Source: Selaginella moellendorffii (lineage: Eukaryota; Plantae; Lycopodiophyta). From it: a stretch of 64,000 nucleotides of DNA. Positions 48,490-60,031 of this stretch are shown piece by piece; position 1 is the first letter of the stretch; every line of letters starts with the position of its first letter. The position numbers and the translations under genes were made by a program. The stretch covers positions 4,628,691 to 4,692,690 of the forward strand of contig NW_003314261.1 in assembly GCF_000143415.4 (NCBI RefSeq), read 5' to 3'. Below the pieces are notes generated by a model. The model was not told the DNA's origin. It saw only the letters and a list, made by a program, of their open reading frames with translations, and did no database searches.

Positions 48490-50833
48490 TAATTGTGAAT
48501 GTAAAAGCCTATGGAGGAAAGCTGGAGCCTCGACGTTTTTACGTCTCTCTTACGGCTGCGAATTGGAGCCTGCGTCAATGAGAGAATTTGAGGGTAAACA
48601 CGCATGAAACCTGGTTTTACCTTAGAACGCTGCAAGGAAACTGGGACTCTTTGGCAACTATAAAGCATCGTCTCTCGTAGCGCTCTTGAAATAGCTCTCC
48701 ACTTCGCTTGTCAAGGAGTTGCCAGGTCTTACCCCCCATCGCAGCTTCCCTCGAGCATCCTGGAAAAGCAATCAAAAGGAAAAACTCTGATCCATAACAA
48801 TGGCAATTGATTAACATTACCAGTCCAAAGGATCTCTCTTGGGGCAGTCGTTTGCGGATGTTAAGTCGTATCCAACAATGTGTTGAGACGTGTTACCATG
48901 CAAATGGTAAACAAGAGTTGCGCCTACAAGCACACCTGTTTCAATTCTAGATACGAAAAAAATAAAAAACTTCGCCAACCTTTTGCTCCTTCTGGTTCTT
49001 CCCATTTTGTGGAGTAGTGGCCGTCAAAAGCTGTGCTAGCCTGCAAACGATAAACTTCATTTTAAGTGAAGGAAAGAACCAAGGGAAACGAGAAAACATA
49101 CTGTTCTAGAGGGCATCTATTTGCCAGTGGCATAAACTTTTATTGTTTTGGAGTTTGCATTTTTCCCGTGATCCTAACTATAGTTATTTACCACAACTAC
49201 ATTAGCTCGTTTGTTACATCAAACACTCATCTGGATCACATCCTCAACTCTCTGAGGAAACCCTCCACTCCAAAGCCTCCTTCCTTGTAACATCAGCTGC
49301 AGCGAACTCATGTCCTGGGATGCGAGCTTCTTCGCGACTTTCTCGACGTTCTCAAGAGCTGTGGCAAGAGCCAGAGCAGCCTTTCCTGGAGGTTCCTTGA
49401 GAGTAACTTGCATTCCCCCACTTCCATCGCTCGCTTGCTTCATTCCAATGCCATCCAGCCATGCCGCACTGCCTTTGCTTTGCAGGAAGTTCAGCTGAGT
49501 TTCGTCTGTGGATTCCATCTTTGCACTTCTCGCTCTGAATGACTGCCTCTTAAGCTTGATCAATAAGTCGTGGAGAAGTGCCAGCTCTTTTTCTGCCGCA
49601 CTTCTTTCTTGAGAGCATAACAGCCCGATTGCTTGGTAGATTTTACCGACGTGCTCATCTGCGCATAGCCTTGCCGAGCAGAAGCTACGATCGGACTCAA
49701 TATGCTGGACTCCCATTTCTCCTCTGGCTTCACGCCATTCTTTTGACCCACTCTGGCGACCAGGTAGGTGTTGATCCGTCTCTGGGCTGGCTTGAGCTCC
49801 AGAGAGCTCTTCAGCCTCTTGCCTGTCACGTTGCTCAAGTATATCGAGCTCCTCAGGTTCCAGTTTGCTCCTTTGAATCGCTGTTAGCAGTGCTACTACC
49901 TCCTCCGCGGTCTCTTCGCTTACCAAGTTCCTGCGAGACACTACCTTTTACAACAAAGTCAAAGAAGCGCCACACAAATACAGGAATATAGTTCGTACCT
50001 CTGGCCACTTCCGTGTGTATCGTTTTGTAACATCATAAACTCCATCTTTCGCAACGGCAATGACGTAGTTCAGCTTCTTTCCCCATCTTGACGCAAGTGC
50101 GTGAGAAAAAGAACTGTCACATAGTACCCTTTCTCGTAAAGAAGCGGAGTATCATACGAGGCCTCACACGGATCCAAGTGCACCCATCTGGACAAGCACT
50201 TCAAGAGCTTTATAAGAGGTCGGGAGAACATACCTTCCGAGATAAGGAGAATGGAACTCTGTCCAGACGTGATCCGTGAAGTCAAGGACCTGCACAAAAG
50301 CAAGAGTTACAAGCATGAACCAACAGATTCTATGACCACGGCGTTACCAGACGAGCATTGTAGCCTAGCGCAACGCAGTAGAATGTAAAACAATTGGCCC
50401 ATTCTCCACAGCGACCGCATTGTGTCTCCATGAGCTTCATTTGACAAGAGAAAGTTCATACTATAAAATCAATGGCAGCATTCAAGCGAGTGGAACCAGT
50501 CAACTTTACCTTCGCCGGACTGTTGTAGCGTGGAAATCGAGTGACTGTTCCACAAAGCTCGCAACTGCAGGGTGAGGAGTTAAAACGTTTGTAGATGCTC
50601 GAAACTTTCAGCTGGAAACACCTGTGAATCTCTACACGGCTGGCTCCAAATTGGAGATCCTCGGCACTTGGTTCTCCCATGCCTATGTGATGCGTGTTGG
50701 ATGCACAGAAATCAAACGAGGTTGAATTCACCCACCTGCAAATCCAGAGCTCTTTCAGGAAAAAAGAAATTTGGGAAAGAAGAGCCAGCAAACGAACTAA
50801 CTTGAAAGATGTCTTGAACCAGTGGAGCAACTG
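48490..50833 (-). pseudogene. 5'-truncated PNG1 copy 2 with a TE-derived insertion
   Basis: Lacks the start exons; ~133-bp foreign insertion at 49138-49270 introduces stops. Confidence 0.88.
49138..49270 (-). mobile_element. Retrotransposon-derived filler DNA (element B family internal sequence)
   Basis: Its reverse complement aligns with ~4594-4720 (e.g. GAGTTGAGGATGTGATC...GTAGTTGTGGTAAA.AACTATAGTT.GGATCA.GGGAAA...AAAACAATAAA); absent from the other three copies. Confidence 0.85.
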
Positions 50834-50926
50834 CCGCTTGTTTCTTCCTCTTCCTTGATTTTCTTTGTTCTTCTCAAGGAAGGAAGATCCAGCCAACCAA
50901 AGAAGAAGAGAACCATTTTTTTCTCG

Positions 50927-51139
50927 CTCGAGCTCGCTCATCCCGACGTCCTGGGAGTTCACGAGCTCCACATATGGTCCGTGACCACCGGCAAAGTTTT
51001 GCTGTCGTGCCATGTCGCTGTGAAGCACGATGCCGATGGCGACTTGGTTCTCCAGAGAGTGGTCGAGTACTGCGACCGGGAGCTCAAGATAAGTCATGTC
51101 ACGGTGCAAATTGAGAGAATGGATGTGGATCATGTGTAG
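50927..51139 (+). pseudogene. MTP C-terminal fragment, unit 3
   Basis: As unit 2. Confidence 0.9.
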
Positions 51140-51462
51140 AGAAATCTCCTTTTTTTTTGGCTTTTTCTTGAGCGATATGACAAGCAAGACTGCCAGTTAA
51201 TTTGGATTGTGCTGGTTAAGGTGGTTATAATAAGCGTTGATTGGGTTATCGGTTGTCTTTACCCTCTTTAGAATAGCATTTTATATTAATCTTGACGGTT
51301 GTACTAGCATATTCTTGAAACCATTGCGCTAAACAAAACATATAATAATTTTTACCGAACATGGCCATACCATACATGGCTATTCCATACAAGGAAATCT
51401 ATTCCATATAAAACCGGAGAATACCACAATCGTAAAAGTAAGATAGAAGTTCTAGTTGAGAG

Positions 51463-52782
51463 ATGGAACCATTCAAGGTTCTTGTCATTGTTTTGGTTGC
51501 ATGCATCTCGATATCCCAAGCTGCTAGCACGAATCCTCCAGTACAAGGCCTGTTTGTTTTTGGGGACTCAGCGTTAGATGGAGGACAGAACACGTACATC
51601 CCGGGCTCCAAGATTGTTAGCGCAATTCCGCCGTATGGAAAGACTTACTTCAGCAAGCCAACAGGGCGTTGGACGGATGGTAGAACGATTGCTGATTTCC
51701 TGGCTCAAGCACTAGGCCTTCCATTGTTGCCACCTTTTCTCGAGCCTGGCGCCAACTTTTCCAGTGGGGTGAACTTTGCATCTGCTGGTGCAGGCTTGTT
51801 AGATGAAACGAATGCCCATCAAGTACGTATACTCCCATATTCCCCTCAGAAATAGTTGATTTTGATTCATTCTTTTTGGGTTTTATCAGGGAGTTATTTC
51901 AATGAAGCAGCAGCTGCGCCAGTTTCACAACGTCACAAATGAGTACAAAAAAGAGAAGGGTGTGGAGTTTACGAACCAGCTCTTGCGCAATTCAGTGGCA
52001 TTGTTTAGCATGGGAGCTAATGATATTGCTAATGCTGTTCCCAGCTCATTCTTGTTCCAGGAGATGATACAAGCATATTCAAGTGCTATTCAGGTACTCG
52101 AGTATTACATTCACTAACTTCAAAACCTTTGGATGTCTCTTTTGATTTATAGGAAATTTACAATTATGGCATTAAGCATATCATAATTCTGCTAGCACCA
52201 CCGATTGGGTGTACTCCTAACTTGAGAGCGGTATCAGCACAAAGCAGGAATACCAATTTAACTCCAGAGGGCTGCATAGGAATCATTAACACTCTTGTGG
52301 ATTCATATAACACTAAACTCTTGAATCTTGCTGTGAAGTTACACAATGACTATCGTGACTTGAACATTGCAACATTAAATCCATCTCCAATTATACTGAA
52401 CGTGCTAAGGAATCCTCAGAAATACGGTAAGAAACACAAATTATCTCTCCATTCATATTCATATTAATATTTGTGTGTGCCACATCTAGGTTTCAAAGAA
52501 GCAGAAAAGGCATGTTGTGGTGGTGGGCCATTTAATGCAGCAGAATTTTGTGGGGACGCTGATAAACATGATTGGAAGCCAAATCACAAAAATAAATACA
52601 CTAAGTTCGTATGCAACAATCCTAAAGATTACTTATACTTTGATAGCAACCATTTCACTGAAGCTGGTTATTGGTTTGTGATGAAGAATTTTTGGCATGG
52701 ATCTTACAATATTGCAAGACCTAGCAACCTCAACTTCTTTTTTCAGGGGTTTAACATTCCAAACCCACCCCCAATGCCTTAA
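51463..52782 (+). CDS. GDSL esterase/lipase, copy 3
   Basis: Same exons and catalytic motifs as copy 1; no coding disruption seen. Confidence 0.92.
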
Positions 52783-52917
52783 AAGTTTGTAATTTTTTTC
52801 TTGAAGTTTACCATCAATGTTGTTAATGTTTTCTAGATTAGTGCTTTCTAGGCCTTAACATTAACAACCTCATGAGGATTTTTAAGTCAATCTTTTAGAT
52901 TAAGAAAAAGAACAAAG

Positions 52918-52973
52918 CTGAGGCACTGGATTAAGGTTTTAGTCCGATGGGGCTTCGAATCCCACTCTCAACA
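52918..52973 (+). pseudogene. tRNA-Leu(AAG) pseudogene, copy 3
   Basis: Duplicate of 43949-44004. Confidence 0.7.
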
Positions 52974-53053
52974 CTAGTTCGTGATGATAAATCGTTTTGA
53001 TCGTCAAAGTCTACGTTTTTTCTAGGCAATGGTAGGTAAAACAAATGCTGTTG

Positions 53054-55243
53054 TTAATTGTGAATGTAAAAGCTCATGGAGGAAAGCTGGAGCCTCGACG
53101 TTTTTACAGTCTCTCTTACGGCTGCGAATTGGAGCCTGCGTCAATGAGAGAATTTGAGGGTAAACACGCATGAAACCTGGTTTTACCTAAGAACACTGCA
53201 AGGAAACTGGGACTCTTTGGCAACTATAAAGCATCGTCTCTCGTAGCATTCTTGAAATAGCTCTCCACTTCGCTTGTCAAGGAGTTGCCAGGTCTTACCC
53301 CCATCGCAGCTTCCCTCGAGCATCCTGTAAAAGCAATCAAAAGGAACAACTCTGATCCATAACAATGGCAATTGATTCACGTTACCAGTCCAAAGGATCT
53401 CTCTCGGGGCAGTCGTTTGCGGATGTTAAGTCGTATCCAACAATGTGTTGAGATGCGTTACCATGCAAATGGTAAACAAGAGTCGCGCCTACAAGCACAC
53501 CTGTTTCAATTCTAGATACGAAAAAAATAAAAAACTTCGCCAACCTTTTGCTCCTTCTGGTTCTTCCCATTTTGTGGAGTAGTGGCCTTCAAAAGCTGCG
53601 CTAGCCTGCAAACGATAAACTTCGTTTTAAGCGAAGGAAAGAACCAAGGGAAACGAGAAAACATACCGTTCCAGAGGGCTTCTGTTCGCCGGTGGCATAA
53701 ACCGAGCCACCGCAAAGCCTCCTTCCTTGTAACATCAGCTGCAGGGTGGGATGCGAGCTTCTTCGTGGCTTTCTCGACGTTCTCAAGAGCTGTGGCAAGA
53801 GCCAGAGCAGCCTTTCCTGGACGTTCCTTTGCATTCCCCCACTTCCATCGCTCGCTTGCTTCATTCCAATGCCATCCAGCCATGCCGCACCACCTTTGCT
53901 TTGCAGGAAGTTCAGTTGAGTTTCGTCTGTGGATTCCAGCTTCGCACTTCTCGCTCTGAATGGCTGCCTCTTAAGCTTGATCAATAAGTCGTGGAGAAGT
54001 GCCTGCTCTTTTTCAGCCGTGCTTCTTTCTTGAGAGCATAACAGCCCGATTGCTTGGTAGATTTTACCGACGTGCTCATCTGCGCATAGCCTTGCCGGGC
54101 AGAAGCTATGATCGGACTCAATATGCTGTACTCCCATTTCTCCTCTGGCTTCACGCCATTCTTTTGAGCCACTCTGGCGACCAGGTAGGTGTTGATCCGT
54201 CTCTGGGCTGGCTTGAGCTCCAGAGAGCTCTTCAGCCTCTTGCCTGTCACGTTGCTCAAGTATATCGAGCTCCTCGGGTTCCAGTTTGCTCCTTTGAATC
54301 GCTGTTAGCAGTGCTACTACCTCCTCCGCGGTCTCTTCGCTTACCAAGTTCCTGCGAGACACTACCTTTTACAACATAAATACAAGAATATAGTTTGTAC
54401 CTCTGCCCACTTCCGTGTGTATCGTTTTGTAACATCATGAACTCCATCTTTCGCAACGGAATGACGTAGTTCAGCTTCTTTCCCCATCTTGACGCAAGTC
54501 CGGTGTTAGCGTGAGAAAAAGAACTGTCACATAGTACCCTTTCTCGTAGAGAAGCGGAGTATCATACGAGGCCTCACACGGATCCAAGTGCACCCATCTG
54601 CACAAGCACTTCAAGAGCTTTATAAGAGGTCGGGAGAGCATACCTTCCGAGATAAGGAGAATGGAACTCTGTCCAGACGTGATCCGTGAAGTCAAGGACC
54701 TGCACAAAAGCAAGAGTTACAAGCATGAACCAACAGATTCTATGACCACGGCGTTACCAGACGAGCATTGTAGCCTAGCGCAACGCAGTAGAATGTAAAA
54801 CAATTGGCCCATTCTCCACAGCGACCGCATTGTGTCTCCATGAGCTTCATTTGACAAGAGAAAGTTCATACTATAAAATCAGTGGCAGCATTCAAGCGAG
54901 TGGAACCAGTCAACTTTACCTTCGCCGGACTGTTGTAGCGTGGAAATCGAGTGACTGTTCCACAAAGCTCGCAACTGCAGGGTGAGGAGTTAAAACGTTT
55001 GTAGATGCTCGAAACTTTCAGCTGGAAACACCTGTGAATCTCTACACGGCTGGCTCCAAATTGGAGATCCTCGGCACTTGGTCCTCCCATGCCTATGTGA
55101 TGCGTGTTGGATGCACAGAAATCAAACGAGGTTGAATTCACCCACCTGCAAATCCAGAGCTCTTTCAGAAAAAAAGAAATTTGGGAAAGAAGAGCCAGCA
55201 AACGAACTAACTTGAAAGATGTCTTGAACCAGTGGAGCAACTG
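53054..55243 (-). pseudogene. 5'-truncated PNG1 copy 3
   Basis: Lacks the start exons; frameshifting deletions near 53745 and 53828. Confidence 0.88.
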
Positions 55244-55336
55244 CCGCTTGTTTCTTCCTCTTCCTTGATTTTCTTTGTTCTTCTCAAGGAAGGAAGATCC
55301 AGCCAACCAAAGAAGAAGAGAACCATTTTTTTCTCC

Positions 55337-55537
55337 CTCGAGCTCGCTCATCCCGACGTCCTGGGAGTTCACGAGCTCCACATATGGTCCGTGACCACCG
55401 GCAAAGTTTTGCTGTCGTGCCATGTCGCTGTGAAGCACGATGCCGATGGCGACTTGGTTCTCCAGAGAGTGGTCGAGTACTGCGACCGGGAGCTCAAGAT
55501 AAGTCATGTCGAGAGAATGGATGTGGATCATGTGTAG
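55337..55537 (+). pseudogene. MTP C-terminal fragment, unit 4 (12-bp in-frame deletion)
   Basis: KISHVERMDV versus KISHVTVQIERMDV in the other copies. Confidence 0.9.
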
Positions 55538-55768
55538 AGAAATCTCCTTTTTTTCGCTTTTTCTTAAGCGATATGACAAGCAAGACTGCCAGTTAATTTG
55601 GATTGTGCTGGTTAAGGTGGTTATAATAAGCGTTGATTGGGTTATCGGTTGTTTTTACCGAACATGGCCATACCATACATGGCTATTCCATACAAGGAAA
55701 TCTATTCCATATTATAAAACCAGAGAATACCACAATCGTAGAAGTAAGATAGAAGTTCTAGTTGAGAG

Positions 55769-57087
55769 ATGGAAGCATTCAGGGTTCTTGTCATTCTTTT
55801 GGTTGCATGCATCTCGATATCCCAAGCTGCTAGCACGAATCCTCCAGTACAAGGCCTATTTGTTTTTGGGGACTCAGCGTTAGATGGAGGACAGAACACG
55901 TACATCCCGGGCTCCAAGATTGTTAGCGCAATTCCGCCATATGGAAAGACTTACTTCAGCAAGCCAACAGGGCGTTGGACGGATGGTAGAACGATTGCTG
56001 ATTTCCTGGCTCAAGCACTAGGCCTTCCATTGTTGCCACCTTTTCTCGAGCCTGGCGCCAACTTTTCCAGTGGGGTGAACTTTGCATCTGCTGGTGCAGG
56101 CTTGTTAGATGAAACGAATGCCCATCAAGTACGTATACTCCCATATTCCCCTCAGAAATAGTTGATTTTGATTCATTCTTTTTGGGTTTTATCAGGGAGT
56201 TATTTCAATGAAGCAGCAGCTGCGCCAGTTTCACAACGTCACAAATGAGTACAAAAAAGAGAAGGGTGTGGAGTTTACGAACCAGCTCTTGCGCAATTCA
56301 GTGGCATTGTTTAGCATGGGAGCTAATGATATTGCTAATGCTGTTCCCAGCTCATTCTTGTTCCAGGAGATGATACAAGCATATTCAAGTGCTATTCAGG
56401 TACTCGAGTATTACATTCACTAACTTCAAAACCTTTGGATGTCTCTTTTGATTTATAGGAAATTTACAATTATGGCATTAAGCATATCATAATTCTGCTA
56501 GCACCACCGATTGGGTGTACTCCTAACTTGAGAGCAGTATCAGCACAAAGCAGGAATACAAATTTAACTCCAGAGGGCTGCATAGGAATCATTAACACTC
56601 TTGTGGATTCATATAACACTAAACTCTTGAATCTTGCTGTGAAGTTACACAATGACTATCGTGACTTGAACATTGCAACATTAAATCCATCTCCAATTAT
56701 ACTGAACGTGCTAAGGAATCCTCAGAAATACGGTAAGAAACACAAATTATCTCTCCATTCATATTCATATTAATATTTGTGTGTGCCCATCTAGGTTTCA
56801 AAGAAGCAGAAAGGGCATGTTGTGGTGGTGGGCCATTTAATGCAGCAGAATTTTGTGGGGACGCTGATAAACATGATTGGAAGCCAGATCACAAAAATAA
56901 ATACACTAAGTTCGTCTGCAACAATCCTAAAGATTACTTATACTTTGATAGCAACCATTTCACTGAAGCTGGTTATTGGTTTGTGATGAAGAATTTTTGG
57001 CATGGATCTTACAATATTGCAAGACCTAGCAACCTCAACTTCTTTTTTCAGGGGTTTAACATTCCAAACCCACCCCCAATGCCTTAA
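55769..57087 (+). CDS. GDSL esterase/lipase, copy 4
   Basis: Same exons and catalytic motifs as copy 1; no disruption seen. Confidence 0.92.
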
Positions 57088-57257
57088 AAGTTTGTAATTT
57101 TTTTCTTATAAAACATTTCTTCTAGATGAAGTTTACCACATGTATCAATGTTTTTAATGTTTTCTAGATTAGTGTTTTCTAGGCCTTAACATGATCATGC
57201 AGTGGAAGGTTGAAAGGATTTTTAAACCAATCTTTTAGATTAAGAAAAAGAACAAAG

Positions 57258-57313
57258 CTGAGGCACTGGATTAAGGTTTTAGTCCGACGGGGCTTCGAAT
57301 CCCACTCTCAACA
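57258..57313 (+). pseudogene. tRNA-Leu(AAG) pseudogene, copy 4
   Basis: Duplicate of 43949-44004. Confidence 0.7.
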
Positions 57314-57393
57314 CTAGTTCGTGATGATAAATAGTTTTGATCGTCAAAGTCTACGTTTTTTGTAGGCAATGGTAGGTAAAACAAATGCTGTTG

Positions 57394-59965
57394 TTAATTG
57401 TGAATGTAAAAGTCTATGGAGGAAAGCTGGAGCCTCGACGTTTTTACAGTCTCTCTTACGGCTGCGAATTGGAGCCTGCGTCAATGAGAGAATTTGAGGG
57501 TAAACACGCATGAAACCTGGTTTTACCTTAGAACGCTGCAAGGAAACTGGGACTCTTTGGCAACTATAAAGCATCGTCTCTCGTAGCGCTCTTGAAATAG
57601 CTCTCCACTTCGCTTGTCAAGGAGTTGCCAGGTCTTACCCCCATCGCAGCTTCCCTCGAGCATCCTGGAAAAGCAATCAAAAGGAAAAACTCTGATCCAT
57701 AACAATGGCGATTGATTCACGTTACCAGTCCGAAGGATCTCTCTCGGGGCAGTCGTTTGCGGATGTTAAGTCGTATCCAACAATGTGTTGAGATGCGTTA
57801 CCATGCAAATGGTAAACAAGAGTCGCGCCTACAAGCACACCTGTTTCAATTCTAGATACGAGAAAAATAAAAAACTTCGCCAACCTTTTGCTCCTTCTGG
57901 TTCTTCCCATTTTGTGGAGTAGTGGCCGTCAAAAGCTGCGCTAGCCTGCAAACGATAAACTTCGTTTTAAGCGAAGGAAAGAACCAAGGGAAACGAGAAA
58001 ACATACCGTTCCAGAGGGCATCTGTTCGCCGGTGGCATAAACCGAGCCACCGCAAAGCCTCCTTCCTTGTAACATCAGCTGCAGCGAACTCATGTCCTGG
58101 GATGCGAGCTTCTTCGCGACTTTCTCGACGTTCTCAAGAGCTGTGGCAAGAGCCAGAGCAGCCTTTCCTGGAGGTTCCTTGAGAGTAACTTGCATTCCCC
58201 CACTTCCATCGCTCGCTTGCTTCATTCCAATGCCATCCAGCCATGCCGCACCGCCTTTGCTTTGCAGGAAGTTCAGCTGAGTTTCGTCTGTGGATTCCAG
58301 CTTCGCACTTCTCGCTCTGAATGGCTGCCTCTTAAGCTTGATCAATAAGTCGTGGAGAAGTGCCAGCTCTTTTTCTGCCGTGCTTCTTTCTTGAGAGCAT
58401 AACAGCCCGATTGCTTGGTAGATTTTACCGACGTGCTCATCTGCGCATAGCCTTGCCGGGCAGAAGCTACGATCGGACTCAATATGCTGCACTCCCATTT
58501 CTCCTCTGGCTTCACGCCATTCTTTTGAGCCACTCTGGCGACCAGGTAGGTGTTGATCCGTCTCTGGGCTGGCTTGAGCTCCAGAGAGCTCTTCAGCCTC
58601 TTGCCTGTCACGTTGCTCAAGTATATCGAGCTCCTCGGGTTCCAGTTTGCTCCTTTGAATCGCTGTTAGCAGTGCTACTACCTCCTCCGCGGTCTCTTCG
58701 CTTACCAAGTTCCTGCGAGACACTACCTTTTACAACAAAGTCAAAGAAGCGCCACACAAATACAGGAATATAGTTTGTACCTCTGCCCACTTCCGTGTGT
58801 ATCGTTTTGTAACATCATAAACTCCATCTTTCGCAACGGAATGACGTAGTTCAGCTTCTTTCCCCATCTTGACGCAAGTCCGGTGTTAGCGTGAGAAAAA
58901 GAACTGTCACATAGTACCCTTTCTCGTAGAGAAGCGGAGTATCATACGAGGCCTCACACGGATCCAAGTGCACCCATCTGCACAAGCACTTCAAGAGCTT
59001 TATAAGAGGTCGGGAGAGCATACCTTCCGAGATAAGGAGAATGGAACTCTGTCCAGACGTGATCCGTGAAGTCAAGGACCTGCACAAAAGCAAGAGTTAC
59101 AAGCATGAACCAACAGATTCTATGACCACGGCGTTACCAGACGAGCATTGTAGCCTAGCGCAACGCAGTAGAACGTAAAACAATTGGCCCATTCTCCACA
59201 GCGACCGCATTGTGTCTCCATGAGCTTCATTTGACAAGAGAAAGTTCATACTATAAAATCAGTGGCAGCATTCAAGCGAGTGGAACCAGTCAACTTTACC
59301 TTTGCGGGACTGTTGTAGCGTGGAAATCGAGTGACTGTTCCACAAAGCTCGCAACTGCAAGGTGAGGAGTTAAAACGTTTGTAGATGCTCGAAACTTTCA
59401 GCTGGAAACACCTGTGAATCTCTACACGGCTGGCTCCAAATTGGAGATCCTCGGCACTTGGTTCTCCCATGCCTATGTGATGCGTGTTGGATGCACAGAA
59501 ATCACACGAGGGTGAATTCACCCACCTGCAAATCCAGAGCTCTTTCAGAAAAAAAGAAATTTGGGAAAGAAGAGCCAGCAAACGAACTAACTTGAAAGAT
59601 GTCTTGAACCAGTGGAGCAACTGAATGAGAAAAAAATGCTTCTCTTCTTCTTTGGTTGGCTGGATCTTCCCTTCCTTGAGAAGAACAAAGAAAATCAAGA
59701 GGAAGAAACACGAAGTAGCGCTCACCTTGGCAAGCGCGATGGCGGCCTTTTCCTCGAATTCCTCCACAGGCAGCAGTGCTCGAGCTAGCCCTTGCATTGC
59801 CGGATCATGATACTATAGCGAAAGAGAAAAATTTAGAGAGATTTGTGCTCGGTAAGACTTACTTGGGCGATCTGCTCGACATAGCCCTCCAATTGCTGCT
59901 GGAATCCCTGCAAAGCATTTCCTATTAGAACCGATCGATCGATGCGCACAGCGCCTTCTTACCAT
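57394..59965 (-). CDS. PNG1: Cytosolic peptide:N-glycanase (PNGase), full-length copy
   Basis: Spliced [21 protein letters not shown] zinc pairs, [17 protein letters not shown] (catalytic Cys), DFTDHVWTE (His), WVHLDPCE (Asp), [38 protein letters not shown]. Confidence 0.92.
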
Positions 59966-60031
59966 AAGAAGAAGATGAAAATATTTCGAGATTTAGGGTT
60001 CTTCCCTCCCAATCAGACCACTTCCAAGGCC

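Larger units (their letters stand above)
41925..59623. repeat. Four-unit tandem segmental duplication; unit = MTP 3' end + GDSL + tRNA-Leu pseudogene + PNG1 3' part
   Basis: Units start at 41925, 46336, 50927 and 55337; they are near-identical with copy-specific indels. Confidence 0.97.

Noticed and set aside
41925-59623. Tandem array as a pure assembly artefact
   Set aside because: Copies carry private indels, a private TE insert and a novel shared junction absent from the native loci. Exact copy number still needs long-read confirmation.
39544-59965. RGP-like, GDSL and PNG1 as a glycan or cell-wall gene cluster
   Set aside because: Different compartments and pathways, and the neighbours are unrelated housekeeping genes; nothing beyond adjacency supports it.
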